Origin: a bacterium
Lineage (GTDB): Bacteria > UBA8248
Reading direction: 5' to 3'
Length of the DNA stretch: 64,000 nucleotides
NCBI GenBank assembly: GCA_965207065.1
Contig: OZ242260.1
Location: 4,096,001-4,160,000 of the forward strand
In this document: positions 26,862 to 36,892 of the stretch, piece after piece
How the letters are laid out: each line of letters begins with the position of its first letter
Numbering within the stretch: position 1 is the stretch's first letter
Translations under genes and position numbers: made by a program
Notes under the pieces: model-generated
What the model saw: the letters and a program-made list of their open reading frames with translations, nothing else
What the model was told of the DNA's origin: nothing
Database searches by the model: none

Positions 26862-27521
26862 CTATCTCGCCTTCATCCCGTATTTCTCATACTTCTTCGC
26901 CGAGGAGGTGCCGAGCTTGGCGGATTGGGGCGTCTTGAGCTCCAGCAGCCAGGGCCGCTCGGCCGAGGTGGCCCGCACGGCGTCCAATAGCCCCTGCTCG
27001 TCACCCTCGTTTTCCCAATCGCCTTCTTCGAGCTTCACGAAAACGGGTTTGCCCTCCCCGAAATCGAGCGTGGGAACGCCGAAGATGCCCTGCTCGGCCG
27101 CGTCCTCATGCTCTTGCGCAATGAGGGGGATGGTGGCGCCGTTTTTCATATCCTCCTCCCAGCGGTCGACGTCCAGGCCCACTTCCACGGCGATATCGCG
27201 CAGAACCAGCTCGCTGGTGATGTCCTTGCCGTCACGGTGCCTCGCCCGGTGGAGCGCCACGTGGTACTTGTCGAACTGCGTCTCGCCCTGTAAAGCCGCG
27301 CATTTAGCCGCCTGATGCGGGGGCAGATCCCTGCTCGGGAAGGTCTTGTCCTCCCAGGCCTTCCAGTCCTCTCCGCGCGAGGGGCCGAAATTCGCCTGCT
27401 CGAGCACGAAGGCCTTATAGTCCACATTCAAATCGCTTCTTTTCTCCTGAAGACGAACGAGCCACTCCATGGCCCTGTAGGCGTAGGGTCAGACGTAGCA
27501 GTTCCACATGGTGACTTTCAT
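26862..27521 (-). CDS. DsbA/FrnE-like thioredoxin-fold protein, probable selenoprotein (C-Y-V-U-P-Y-A)
   Basis: AAGGAG RBS, ATG 27521, in-frame TGA at 27489-27491 read into the 27470 ORF; GIFGVPT cis-Pro motif; hairpin 27459-27475. Confidence 0.85.
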
Positions 27522-27632
27522 GATTTTCTCCTTAACAAACCGGGACATAAAGAAACATTGCGCGCCAATCATACACCACAAGAACGCCGATGAAAAAGCA
27601 GGACAAAGTCTTTTGAAAATAGCCGTATTCCG

Positions 27633-28241
27633 CTATTTTTCAGGCGTGAGCGCCTTGTTCAGCAGGTCTTGCGCACCCGCATTCAAGGAAAGCTCCCTGG
27701 CGGCCTCCTGCCCGCGCGCGGACATTTTCGCCCAAGTTTTCCGCAAGATGCCGATGATTTTCTCCTCATCATGCAGGCGGGAGAAATCCCAGAAATAGCT
27801 TTCCAGAAACACCAGACAGGCGACATCCTCGAGTGTCTGGGTTTCCGTGTCTGACTTCAAGCCCTTTTTTTTCAACAGCATCCGCACACGGGCAGTCGTT
27901 TGCTCATCGTAGCCCACCTTCTCGAGTATCTCGGCCGCTTTCTCCCCATGATAGTCGTAAAGGCGGATCCGCCATTGATGATATCCCTTCCGACCCAGTG
28001 GATATTCCGAACGTGGAATCTCCCATCTGCGTATGTGCTGGCTTCGCACAGCCAGGCGCAGGGCTTCAGAGGCTTGCGGCTCTATGGTATCTAGCCAGTT
28101 CGTCATTCTCATCGAATACAAAAGCTCTTTGGGGTATTCTTCGCCCTCGAAACTCTCGTTATTCGGATCTTCAGAATTCGCCTCATCGATGAGGCGCAAA
28201 GCATCTTCAAAACGCGTGGGTTGTCCATTCATGATTCGCAC
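27633..28241 (-). CDS. DUF4202 family protein
   Basis: IDEANSEDPN, PKELLYS, RSQHIRRWEIPR, LEDVACLVFL. Confidence 0.88.
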   Translation of the reverse strand: MRIMNGQPTRFEDALRLIDEANSEDPNNESFEGEEYPKELLYSMRMTNWLDTIEPQASEALRLAVRSQHIRRWEIPRSEYPLGRKGYHQWRIRLYDYHGEKAAEILEKVGYDEQTTARVRMLLKKKGLKSDTETQTLEDVACLVFLESYFWDFSRLHDEEKIIGILRKTWAKMSARGQEAARELSLNAGAQDLLNKALTPEK

Positions 28242-28312
28242 CTTCTAAGTAGCGATAGGCACCAACTGATTCGTTCCAGACAAAACAACTCAAGAATAAA
28301 CACTTCTCTGGG

Positions 28313-28341
28313 TTGACAAAAGTGGGAAAGTGAAATATTTT
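28313..28341 (+). promoter_or_regulatory. Sigma70-type promoter for the siroheme/sulfite-reductase operon
   Basis: TTGACA-N17-TATTTT. Confidence 0.65.
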
Positions 28342-28349
28342 CCGCAAAA

Positions 28350-28368
28350 GTTAAGTAATTCACTTAAC
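28350..28368. promoter_or_regulatory. Palindromic operator candidate
   Basis: GTTAAGT-AATTC-ACTTAAC just downstream of the -10. Confidence 0.55.
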
Positions 28369-28405
28369 AATAAAAAGAAATTTGGACTTTATACGGGAAA
28401 TTCTC

Positions 28406-29215
28406 ATGTATCAAGGTAAAGTACAGATAGTCGGAGCAGGCCCCGGAGATCCGGACCTGCTCACACTCAAGGCGGCGAAAGCCCTGTCAAACGCAGACGT
28501 GGTGGTTTGCGATCGTCTCGTGAACCCTGAGGTTCTTGAACTTTGCCCGGAAAACTGTCAACTCATCAATGCGGGAAAATCAAGTGGTCGACACACCATG
28601 AGCCAAGATGACATTAACGAAGCTCTGATCCATTTCGCAAATCTCGGTTATCAAGTGGTGCGCCTGAAAGGCGGGGACCCCTTCGTATTCGGCCGTGGCG
28701 GCGAGGAAGCGCAAGCACTGGGCGAAGCCGGTATTCATTTTGAAATCATACCAGGCATCAGTTCCGCCCTGGCCGTGCCCGCCTATGCCGGAATACCCAT
28801 TACACACCGAAATCTCGCCTCGTCGTTCACGGTCGTAACAGCCCATGAAGATCCCGGCAAACCGGAAACGCAGGTGGATTACGCGCATCTGGCGAAGAAC
28901 AGGGGAACGCTCGTTTTCCTCATGGGCGCACGCTCCATCGGACGCATCTCCGCCGCTCTGATAGAAAACGGCATGTCAAAAGACACGCCCGCCGCCATCA
29001 TTGAAAATGGAACCACAAACAGGCAATTGGCATATCGTTGCTCTCTGGGAGAAGCATCGAGCCTTGCGCAACGCGAAGAAATATCCCCACCCGCTGTTTT
29101 TCTCGTCGGCCCAGTCGCCGGTCTTGAAGACCTTGTTTGGTTCGAGGCCGATGAGAGCCAAGAAATCTCCTGGCGCTGTTCCCCGGAAGAATCCCTGAGC
29201 AAAGCCATTTCGTAA
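28406..29215 (+). CDS. cobA: Uroporphyrinogen-III C-methyltransferase
   Basis: VGAGPGDPDLLT, RLKGGDPFVFGRGGEE, PGISS. Confidence 0.95.
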   Translation: MYQGKVQIVGAGPGDPDLLTLKAAKALSNADVVVCDRLVNPEVLELCPENCQLINAGKSSGRHTMSQDDINEALIHFANLGYQVVRLKGGDPFVFGRGGEEAQALGEAGIHFEIIPGISSALAVPAYAGIPITHRNLASSFTVVTAHEDPGKPETQVDYAHLAKNRGTLVFLMGARSIGRISAALIENGMSKDTPAAIIENGTTNRQLAYRCSLGEASSLAQREEISPPAVFLVGPVAGLEDLVWFEADESQEISWRCSPEESLSKAIS

Positions 29216-29236
29216 AGCCGGGCTTCAGCCCGGCCC
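29211..29236. repeat. REP-like intergenic palindrome
   Basis: GTAAA-GCCGGGCT-TC-AGCCCGGC. Confidence 0.5.
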
Positions 29237-29282
29237 TAGATTCATCATCCAATATGTATGTAGCTGTTCACGTAAGGAGCAA

Positions 29283-31088
29283 GTGATGCACGAAGAATCA
29301 CGAAAATCCCTATCTCGGGAACCACTGGGCGTCATTCCGGTGATCCCCGAAGAATTCGATGATTTTGAAACACAAGCCACCAGATTTCGAAACGGTCAAC
29401 TCGATAACGGCGAGTTCCTGCCTTATCGGCTCAGGCGTGGCGTATATGGCCAGCGTCAGGCGGATGTCCAGATGGTGCGCGTGAAAATACCTTTCGGCGG
29501 CCTGAGCGCTTCTCAACTCGAAGCCCTGGGCCGCGTATCTCGCGATTACACGCCGTTGGGAAAAGGCCACGTGACGACACGGGAAAACGTGCAGTTTCAT
29601 TTCGTCCCCCTTGACCAAGCTGCTGACGTCTTGAGGCTTCTGGGCGAAGTGGGCCTTACCACACGGGAAGCATGTGGAAATTGCGTGAGAAACGTTACTG
29701 GCTGTCCCTATGCGGGTGTTTGTAAGGATCAGGTTTTTGACACTACGCCCTACGCAGGCGCGTTTGCGCGTTACTTCGTCCGCAAGGACTTCACACAGGA
29801 CCTGCCGCGCAAGTTCAAGGTGGCTTTCTCGAGTTGTGGTTCGGACTGCGTGGTCGGCGGGATCCATGACATCGGTTTCATACCGGTCATCAAAGAGATG
29901 GAAGGAACTCCCGTGCATGGCTTCAAGATGCTCGTTGGAGGTGGACTCGCCACTTTCGCACGTACCGCCGAGGTGCTTTACGAGTTCGTTCCGGTGTCCG
30001 ATTTCCTGAGAGTGAGTGAAGCCCTTATTCGGGTTTTCGATCAAGCTGCTGAACTCAGAAAATCCCGTTTCAAGGCGCGCATCAAGTTCCTGGTGAGCAA
30101 GATAGGGATAGACGGGCTGCGTGAACGCGTCGAGGAAGAACTCAAAAAGGACTGGGCGAAAGATCCCGTCAGTCCCGAACCCTATCTCTGGAAAGATGAT
30201 GAAGAAAGCGACGCACCACCCGTCTTGAATACTCTGAACGGAGCAGGGGCCAGTCCGAATGGCGACGCCGCGGATTTTCACGCCTGGAGAAAAACGAACG
30301 TTACCGCGCAAAGGCAAGAAGGCTATTTCGCCGTCGAGGTCAAACTGCCATTGGGAAATATTCTTACGGATCAGTTCTTCGCTCTGGCCGACCTCACCCG
30401 ACGCTACTCGAGAGGACGCGCCAGAACGAGTTTCGAGCAAAACCTCGTGCTCAGATGGGTGCGTGAAGGGGAACTTTACCCCCTCTGGAAAGAACTTCAG
30501 AGAATCGGGCTCGCCGAAAAAGGCGCCCGAGAAATATCCGACGTGGTTTCCTGCCCGGGAACGGATTCATGCAAACTCGGTATTACTTCCTCCATGGGCC
30601 TGGCCAGCGCCATTCGTGAATCTCTTCATGAAATCGATCAGGACCCGCTAACACGAGAGATGCACATCAAGATGAGCGGTTGCCCGAATTCTTGCGGACA
30701 GCACCACATCGCCAACATCGGCTTTCACGGGGGAACGCTCAGGGTGAACGGCGCAATGCTGCCCGCATATGAAATTTTCCTCGGCGGCCAATACGACAAC
30801 ACCGATGGAGAAATCCGCATCGGCAAACGCATCCAGATTCGGATTCCTGCAAAACGCGTTCCCGCTGCGCTCAAGATAATGTTGTCCCACTACCAGGAGA
30901 ACAGGTACGAGAATGAGCGGTTCAACGAGTTTTTGGGCCGCGTAGGCAGCGCGTCTTTCATTGATTTGCTGCAAGAATTTCACCTTGCCGGTCAGTTCAA
31001 CGACGAACCCGATTCCGATTTGTTCATCGACTGGAGTCAGGACAGGCAATACGTATTGGAGAGAGGAGAAGGCGAATGTCTAGCCTAG
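29283..31088 (+). CDS. Siroheme/[4Fe-4S] sulfite/nitrite reductase (assimilatory, ferredoxin-type)
   Basis: TTRENVQ, LPRKFK, CPGTDSCKLG and SGCPNSC ligand motifs. Confidence 0.93.
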   Translation: MMHEESRKSLSREPLGVIPVIPEEFDDFETQATRFRNGQLDNGEFLPYRLRRGVYGQRQADVQMVRVKIPFGGLSASQLEALGRVSRDYTPLGKGHVTTRENVQFHFVPLDQAADVLRLLGEVGLTTREACGNCVRNVTGCPYAGVCKDQVFDTTPYAGAFARYFVRKDFTQDLPRKFKVAFSSCGSDCVVGGIHDIGFIPVIKEMEGTPVHGFKMLVGGGLATFARTAEVLYEFVPVSDFLRVSEALIRVFDQAAELRKSRFKARIKFLVSKIGIDGLRERVEEELKKDWAKDPVSPEPYLWKDDEESDAPPVLNTLNGAGASPNGDAADFHAWRKTNVTAQRQEGYFAVEVKLPLGNILTDQFFALADLTRRYSRGRARTSFEQNLVLRWVREGELYPLWKELQRIGLAEKGAREISDVVSCPGTDSCKLGITSSMGLASAIRESLHEIDQDPLTREMHIKMSGCPNSCGQHHIANIGFHGGTLRVNGAMLPAYEIFLGGQYDNTDGEIRIGKRIQIRIPAKRVPAALKIMLSHYQENRYENERFNEFLGRVGSASFIDLLQEFHLAGQFNDEPDSDLFIDWSQDRQYVLERGEGECLA

Positions 31089-31528
31089 AAAAACAATTGG
31101 AATTTCTGGACGAGACGCCTGAGGACCAGGTGAAAACGGCGGTCTTGCTCGTCGGTCACGGCAGCCGCGCCCGAAACGCCAACGATGCGCTTTTCCGCGT
31201 AGTGGACCATTTCCAAAAAGCGTGGCCTCATCGCATATTAAGGGCCGCTTTCCTTGAGATCAGCCCTCCCTCCATTCCCGAAGGAATCGACTTGTGCGTG
31301 GGAGAAGGGGCCGAGAGAATCATCGTTATCCCTTACTTCCTTTTCAGGGGCAATCACGTGAAAGTGGACTTGCCCATCTTCATCAAAGAAGGCCGGAAGA
31401 AATTCCCGGATATCGACATCATTTTGGGCCCGCATCTCGGCTTCCATCCCAAGATGATCGAGATTGTAGATGAACGAATCCAACAAGTGCTCGATACGCT
31501 AAAATTCGAGGAGAAAGCGCTCCCATGA
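31076..31528 (+). CDS. Sirohydrochlorin chelatase (CbiX/SirB-like, small)
   Basis: LVGHGSR, AFLE, PYFLFRGNHVKVDLP. Confidence 0.9.
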   Translation: MSSLEKQLEFLDETPEDQVKTAVLLVGHGSRARNANDALFRVVDHFQKAWPHRILRAAFLEISPPSIPEGIDLCVGEGAERIIVIPYFLFRGNHVKVDLPIFIKEGRKKFPDIDIILGPHLGFHPKMIEIVDERIQQVLDTLKFEEKALP

Positions 31529-32499
31529 CCGATCGAAACGGATCCGTCCGTCCCATCGCCATTTACTATGAACACCCCGAGTGGTTCAAAAAGCTTTTCG
31601 ATGAACTAGACAGGCGGAATATTGCATATCAAAAAATCGAAGCTCACAACCATCGCTTCGACCCGACCGAAACCGAATCACCTTATTCGCTGATTGTAAA
31701 CCGAATGAGTCCGTCCGCATGGGCGCGCGGGCACACCCATGCGATTCCCTACACACTCGAGTATTGCGCGCACCTCAAGGCGATTGGCGCCAACGTGATC
31801 AACGGCTACGAGGCCTACCTCCATGAATTCTCAAAAGTGCGCCAAACCCGCCTGCTCAAAAGCCTGGGCGTCAACCACCCGAGATCAGGGGTGATCAACC
31901 ACCCCTCCCAGGCTCCGGCGGCGGCTGAGGGATTCAGTTTTCCCGTCATCACGAAGGCGAATATCGGCGGAAGCGGAGCCGGTATACAAAAGTACGATAC
32001 GCCTGAAGAACTCCAGAGAGCGGCGGATGAAGCGAGTATTGATTTCGGCATCGACAATGTAGCGCTCGTTCAGGAATACATCCCGCCGCGTGGAGAGCAA
32101 ATTGTCCGTGTCGAGGTTTTGAATAGTAAGTTTTTATATGCGATCCAACTGGCTTTGGTGGATCCGAACTCGTTTAATCTCTGCCCGGGCAGTTATTGCC
32201 GCCGCAACGAGGAAATTGCATGCGGCGTGAACGGCAGGAGCGCGTTGATTGAGAAGGTCACACCCCCTCAAGAAGTAATTGAAACGGTCGAGAAAATCAT
32301 GCAAACAGCCGGCATAGAGATCGGCGGCGTCGAATATCTGGTCAGCGATAAGGATGGGGAAATATATTATTACGACATAAATGCGCTCTCCAATTTCGTG
32401 GACGATGCGCAAAATGTGATCGGTTTCGACCCCTGGCCGATGATGGCCGACTTCATCCTTGATCGCGCGCAGCACCCAGCTTCTACACTAAGTGTTTAA
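31525..32499 (+). CDS. ATP-grasp ligase (RimK/glutathione synthetase-like)
   Basis: KANIGGSGAG, VQEYIP, GGVEYL, YDINALSNF. Confidence 0.87.
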   Translation: MTDRNGSVRPIAIYYEHPEWFKKLFDELDRRNIAYQKIEAHNHRFDPTETESPYSLIVNRMSPSAWARGHTHAIPYTLEYCAHLKAIGANVINGYEAYLHEFSKVRQTRLLKSLGVNHPRSGVINHPSQAPAAAEGFSFPVITKANIGGSGAGIQKYDTPEELQRAADEASIDFGIDNVALVQEYIPPRGEQIVRVEVLNSKFLYAIQLALVDPNSFNLCPGSYCRRNEEIACGVNGRSALIEKVTPPQEVIETVEKIMQTAGIEIGGVEYLVSDKDGEIYYYDINALSNFVDDAQNVIGFDPWPMMADFILDRAQHPASTLSV

Positions 32500-32551
32500 C
32501 GCTTTGAACCAAAGCGCTATGATGGGCCTTCATACTTCTCTATAATGTGGT

Positions 32552-33448
32552 GTGTTTGAAACAGCCGCCGTATACGCACTCATATCAGCAGTTCTGCTTG
32601 CGCTAAGGGATATTTTCGGTCGCTTTGCGGTTCGTGGCATAGACCCCATCACCGGAACGGCCTTTACCGCCATCATCGGCCTACCCGTTCTCTGGTTTGT
32701 GTCCGCTGTGAGGGGGGATTTTTCAGACCCTTGGCCGGGCTTGGGCTGGCCTCTTCTCTTCATCGCCATCGCGGGAATTTTCAGGGTCTGCTTTGCGCGC
32801 ACCATGCTATTTGCCGCCACGCAACACATCGGGTCCGCGCGCACGAGCACCATCGTAGCGACGAATCTGATTTTCGCCGTAATCTTCGGCATCATCTTTC
32901 TGGGAGAGGCGCTTACATTCACAATTGGAATGGGCGCCTTTCTGGTGTTTGTCGGATATCTTTTCATCGCCAGGAGCCACACCAATCACAAGCGTGGAGG
33001 ATCCCAAAATTTCCCGTATGTCGGAATGGGACTGGCACTCGGCTGTGCACTGGCCTTCGGAGCGGCCGCGGTGCTTGTGCGCCCGGCGGTGGGGTTCTTC
33101 ACCTCCGCCAACGAGGCGAACTTTTATTCCAACACTTTCGCGGTAGCGGCCTTTATGCCTTTCCTTTTCCGTAAAGGAAAAATTAACGAAATCAAAAGCT
33201 GGACTCCGAGCAACTGGAGGTTTCTCGTTCTGGCCGGTCTATCCGCGAGTCTCGGCGTTACGTTTCTATATCTCGCGCTGGCGAACGCTCCCGTCGTCTA
33301 CGCATTTCCCATCTCACAATCAAGGCCTTTGTTCGTTATTGCGATATCATGGGTATTCCTCCAGTCTGAAGAGAGAATGAACTGGCGGGTAGTGGCGGGC
33401 GCGCTCGCCATTTTTACGGGCACAGTTACCCTGATTTTCAACGGATAA
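32552..33448 (+). CDS. DMT/EamA family transporter
   Basis: Two ~5-TM repeats; IFLGE motif. Confidence 0.88.
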   Translation: MFETAAVYALISAVLLALRDIFGRFAVRGIDPITGTAFTAIIGLPVLWFVSAVRGDFSDPWPGLGWPLLFIAIAGIFRVCFARTMLFAATQHIGSARTSTIVATNLIFAVIFGIIFLGEALTFTIGMGAFLVFVGYLFIARSHTNHKRGGSQNFPYVGMGLALGCALAFGAAAVLVRPAVGFFTSANEANFYSNTFAVAAFMPFLFRKGKINEIKSWTPSNWRFLVLAGLSASLGVTFLYLALANAPVVYAFPISQSRPLFVIAISWVFLQSEERMNWRVVAGALAIFTGTVTLIFNG

Positions 33449-33615
33449 GGCATTTTCGCAGCTTCACGAACAACCTCTGGAATCAACCTTTCATTTCCAG
33501 CCGAAAATCGCATGTGGCTCCGGGAGGAGAAAAAACAAGTTGCGGAAGACCATGCCTTGGGCTAAAGTTGAATAAAAATACCTAGTTGCCCCTCCATCAA
33601 GGAGAATTCCACGAC

Positions 33616-33954
33616 ATGATGAACATTGGGGAAGAAAAAGCGGATTCTGTGGTCATCGTTGCGATTGAGGGACGTGTCGACGGCACCACCGCCCCGGAAC
33701 TGGAAAACCGGATTTTGGAAGTCGTCGATCGTGGTGATGTGAATGTCTTACTTGATTGTGCAGGTATGACATATGTCAGTAGCGCCGGGCTGCGCATTTT
33801 TCTCACTAGCGCCAGAAAATGCCAGCAGAGCGGGGGCAGGTTGATGATCTGCTCGCTGCAGCCCGATTGCAAGACAGTTATAGAAACCAGCGGTTTCCAT
33901 ACCGTCATCGATTGCCACGACAATCGTGAGGCAGCCCTCGCGACGGTTTCATAA
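33616..33954 (+). CDS. STAS-domain anti-sigma-factor antagonist
   Basis: GRVDG, TYVSSAGLR. Confidence 0.9.
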   Translation: MMNIGEEKADSVVIVAIEGRVDGTTAPELENRILEVVDRGDVNVLLDCAGMTYVSSAGLRIFLTSARKCQQSGGRLMICSLQPDCKTVIETSGFHTVIDCHDNREAALATVS

Positions 33955-33965
33955 AGGAGTGCTCC

Positions 33966-34619
33966 ATGCTGACATTTGTCGATGAAATCCTATTGCTGAT
34001 GCTGGATGACGAGAAAGGTTCGTTCCTCCCCATTCGCGAAAGCACGATGGGATATGTGCTCGCGGGCGCCGTACTCATGGATCTGGCGTTTGCAAACCGC
34101 ATCGACACCGACCCCAGCCAGTTGATGGTTCTGGACAAAACCCCGATTGGCCACTCGCCGCATGACCGGATTCTCGAAAACATTACGACTTCCAACGAAA
34201 CCAGGGACACCAAGGCTTGGATCGAAACGATTTCCCGTGAGGCCAGTGAAATCCGCGAGCAGTCCCTCGCTAGCTTGGTCGATACCGGCATTCTGGAATC
34301 CCAGGAGGAAAAGTTCCTGTGGGTCTTCCGGGCGCGGAGATATCCGACGATCGATGGCCGCGCCGAGCGCGAAGTAAAGCTGCGCATTACGGGTGTGTTG
34401 CTATCGGATGAAACTCCGGACCCCAAAGATGTTGCTATTATCTGCCTTGCCGATGCGTGCAATATCCTGCGCGACGTGTTTTCCGAAAGGGAGATCAATC
34501 GGATCCGTCCCCGTATCGATCAGATCCGCAAGCTGGATCTCATCGGTCGTGAAGTCAGTGGAGCGATTCAGGAAATTGAACAAGCGATAATGGCGGCGAT
34601 GACGCATGCCCACCACTAA
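33966..34619 (+). CDS. GPP34/GOLPH3 family protein
   Basis: MLTFVDEILLLMLDDEKG, LAGAVLMDL, FLWVF..RRYP. Confidence 0.85.
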   Translation: MLTFVDEILLLMLDDEKGSFLPIRESTMGYVLAGAVLMDLAFANRIDTDPSQLMVLDKTPIGHSPHDRILENITTSNETRDTKAWIETISREASEIREQSLASLVDTGILESQEEKFLWVFRARRYPTIDGRAEREVKLRITGVLLSDETPDPKDVAIICLADACNILRDVFSEREINRIRPRIDQIRKLDLIGREVSGAIQEIEQAIMAAMTHAHH

Positions 34620-34750
34620 TCGTCAGGAAATTTAACCGCCTTCTGATGAGAAGGACACAGGAACTTATTTTATAGACGGTCGATGAGAAATAGGCTTTCC
34701 ATTTCACTTAACCACAAGCGTCATGCGCGAATGTGCCACGTGCCTCTTGC

Positions 34751-35218
34751 CTAAATACTTCCGTTATCCCGCCTGCGCACCAAATTCACGGAGCGTATAG
34801 AAAGCACCAGTTCATTATCCTGGTTGAAAGTCTTGAAATCCATGAGGACAATCCCGCGTTCAGGCTCCGAGCGGGACGCTCTTGTCTCGATGACTTCCGC
34901 TTCGACCCGCAATGTGTCGCCAGGACGAACGGGCTTCACCCAGCGGATGGAATCCATGCCGGGTGAACCCATGCCCGTGGTCCCGATGACGCCCGTATCG
35001 ATGAACAGACGAAACGAGGTTCCGATCGTATGGAACCCACTGGCGATAATGCCGCCGTATGGAGACTCGGCAGCCGCAATCTCATCGATATGGAACGGCT
35101 GCGGGTCGTACAGTTCGGCGAATTCTATGATTTCTTCTGCGGATAGCGTTTTTTCTTTCGTGTGAATTTTTTCGCCGACCCTGAAATCCTCAAAATATTT
35201 TTCTTCCATCAAAGACAT
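34751..35218 (-). CDS. MaoC family dehydratase
   Basis: YFEDF, YDPQPFH, IASGFHT, PVRPGD. Confidence 0.92.
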   Translation of the reverse strand: MSLMEEKYFEDFRVGEKIHTKEKTLSAEEIIEFAELYDPQPFHIDEIAAAESPYGGIIASGFHTIGTSFRLFIDTGVIGTTGMGSPGMDSIRWVKPVRPGDTLRVEAEVIETRASRSEPERGIVLMDFKTFNQDNELVLSIRSVNLVRRRDNGSI

Positions 35219-35233
35219 CCTTGAAGTCTCATG

Positions 35234-35632
35234 TTATCGCGAGGCGCCGGGGTATTTCTTCTCTGCTTCCTCGGCCCCTTGCGCCATGTTGTAATCTTCA
35301 TCCAACTCCCCCGTTCCGGCCGGGAATTTCACAGTGAAGAAAGTAGCTTCCCCACCGACGGCCCTGCTCCTGTGGTTCGTATACCTGGGGATGTGAATCA
35401 AATCCCCACGCTCCACGATTTTGTCTTCCTCATCGAGTATATAGTGCAACTTGCCATCCAGAATGAGCGTGAACTGCTCTTCGTTCGGGTGCATGTGCAG
35501 TGGGGGACCCTCCCCTTCCGGCTTCGTGACGATGCCGACTTTCATGAATTCGCCCACAACGCTTTTCGCCCTGACTTTGGGATTCGTTTTGCTGTTGCTC
35601 TCCTTCATTCCTTCAATTTCGTAAAAAGGCAT
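35234..35632 (-). CDS. Cupin domain protein
   Basis: HMHPNEEQ...GDLIHIP...H. Confidence 0.88.
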   Translation of the reverse strand: MPFYEIEGMKESNSKTNPKVRAKSVVGEFMKVGIVTKPEGEGPPLHMHPNEEQFTLILDGKLHYILDEEDKIVERGDLIHIPRYTNHRSRAVGGEATFFTVKFPAGTGELDEDYNMAQGAEEAEKKYPGASR

Positions 35633-35661
35633 GCGTATTTATCTCCGTTTGTTGGAAAAAT

Positions 35662-36783
35662 CTATAATTCTTCATACTCACTGATAGACATGGGTAATGG
35701 GACCGGCTCTTTTCGTTTCGCGGAAACGTCCATCGCCATGGTGAGCAGGAGATTACTATGTCCGTCCTGCACGGTAGCGTGCGGCGTGTCGAGCCCCGTG
35801 TAAACGCGGCCGAACCAGGCGTTGGTTTCTTCCCGCATCGGGCCCCAGAGTTGCTCGAAAACAACATCTCCAGGAGGATAACTCGTCAGAAAATCCACAT
35901 TTCGCTTCACATCGGGCGTGTAGCCTGCCGGTTGCGCATTTTCACTGGCAAGAACCAAATCCCTATGCGTGTCGTCGATAGTGAGAACGCCCTCTGTGCC
36001 CACGATGCCGATTTCCAGGCTATAGACAGAGCCGGGCCAAACCGTCGGCAACGCCCATGAGATATTCATGCTCCATATCGTGCCATCATCAAAACTAAAA
36101 ATGCCCAAGGTCGCGTCTTTGGTGCCATAGGACGCGCCAAGCGCCTTATCCATAGAACGGGCATAGATTTCGACGGGCGTTTTCCCTTCCATCAGCCACA
36201 TGCAGATATCGAGGCTGTGCGTTCCCGAGACGACCATCGGCGTGAGTATGCCTCGGTATTCCGTTTTTTCCACTGTAGCGATGGGCACCAGACGGTTCAT
36301 GAAGGCTCTCGTAACGACCGTGGTGACGTCCCCCAGCTGGCCAGTGCGAATCTTTTCCTTGGCGACCAGAAATCTTCTTCTGAAACGCTGGGTATAGCCA
36401 ATTACCGCATCGAGCCCCGCATCTTCGATGGCTTTAAGTACCCGTGCCGAATCGGCCGCATTCGTAGCCAGCGGCTTTTCGATGAACATATCGTGGCCCC
36501 CATCCACAGAAGCCAAGATGGGGCCGACATGCTCGTTCTCTTCGGTGGCGATAATCGAGGCAGTCACTTCCGGCCGGGCCAAGAGTTCCTTGTAGTCCGT
36601 TGTGAAAAAATCGGCATTCGTATCATCGGCGAGTTTTCTCCCCACTTTTTCGTTGATGTCACAAAGGCCCAGCCACTCGACGCCCGGATAATCACGGGCG
36701 AATTCAGCACGAACTCTTCCGATAGTCCCGCAACCAACGATCGCCAGACCGATGGGCTTTCTTTTTCCATTTTCAGTGTTCAT
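35662..36783 (-). CDS. Gfo/Idh/MocA family oxidoreductase
   Basis: GCGTIG, IEKPLA, GTHSLD. Confidence 0.92.
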   Translation of the reverse strand: MNTENGKRKPIGLAIVGCGTIGRVRAEFARDYPGVEWLGLCDINEKVGRKLADDTNADFFTTDYKELLARPEVTASIIATEENEHVGPILASVDGGHDMFIEKPLATNAADSARVLKAIEDAGLDAVIGYTQRFRRRFLVAKEKIRTGQLGDVTTVVTRAFMNRLVPIATVEKTEYRGILTPMVVSGTHSLDICMWLMEGKTPVEIYARSMDKALGASYGTKDATLGIFSFDDGTIWSMNISWALPTVWPGSVYSLEIGIVGTEGVLTIDDTHRDLVLASENAQPAGYTPDVKRNVDFLTSYPPGDVVFEQLWGPMREETNAWFGRVYTGLDTPHATVQDGHSNLLLTMAMDVSAKRKEPVPLPMSISEYEEL

Positions 36784-36892
36784 TCACTACTCCCTGATAG
36801 GTACGATGAAATACTCATGATATGTGCTCCAGTCTGACTTCCTAATCAGCGGGGAAACATAACAGGCACGCAAAATCGCCATATAATCAAAA

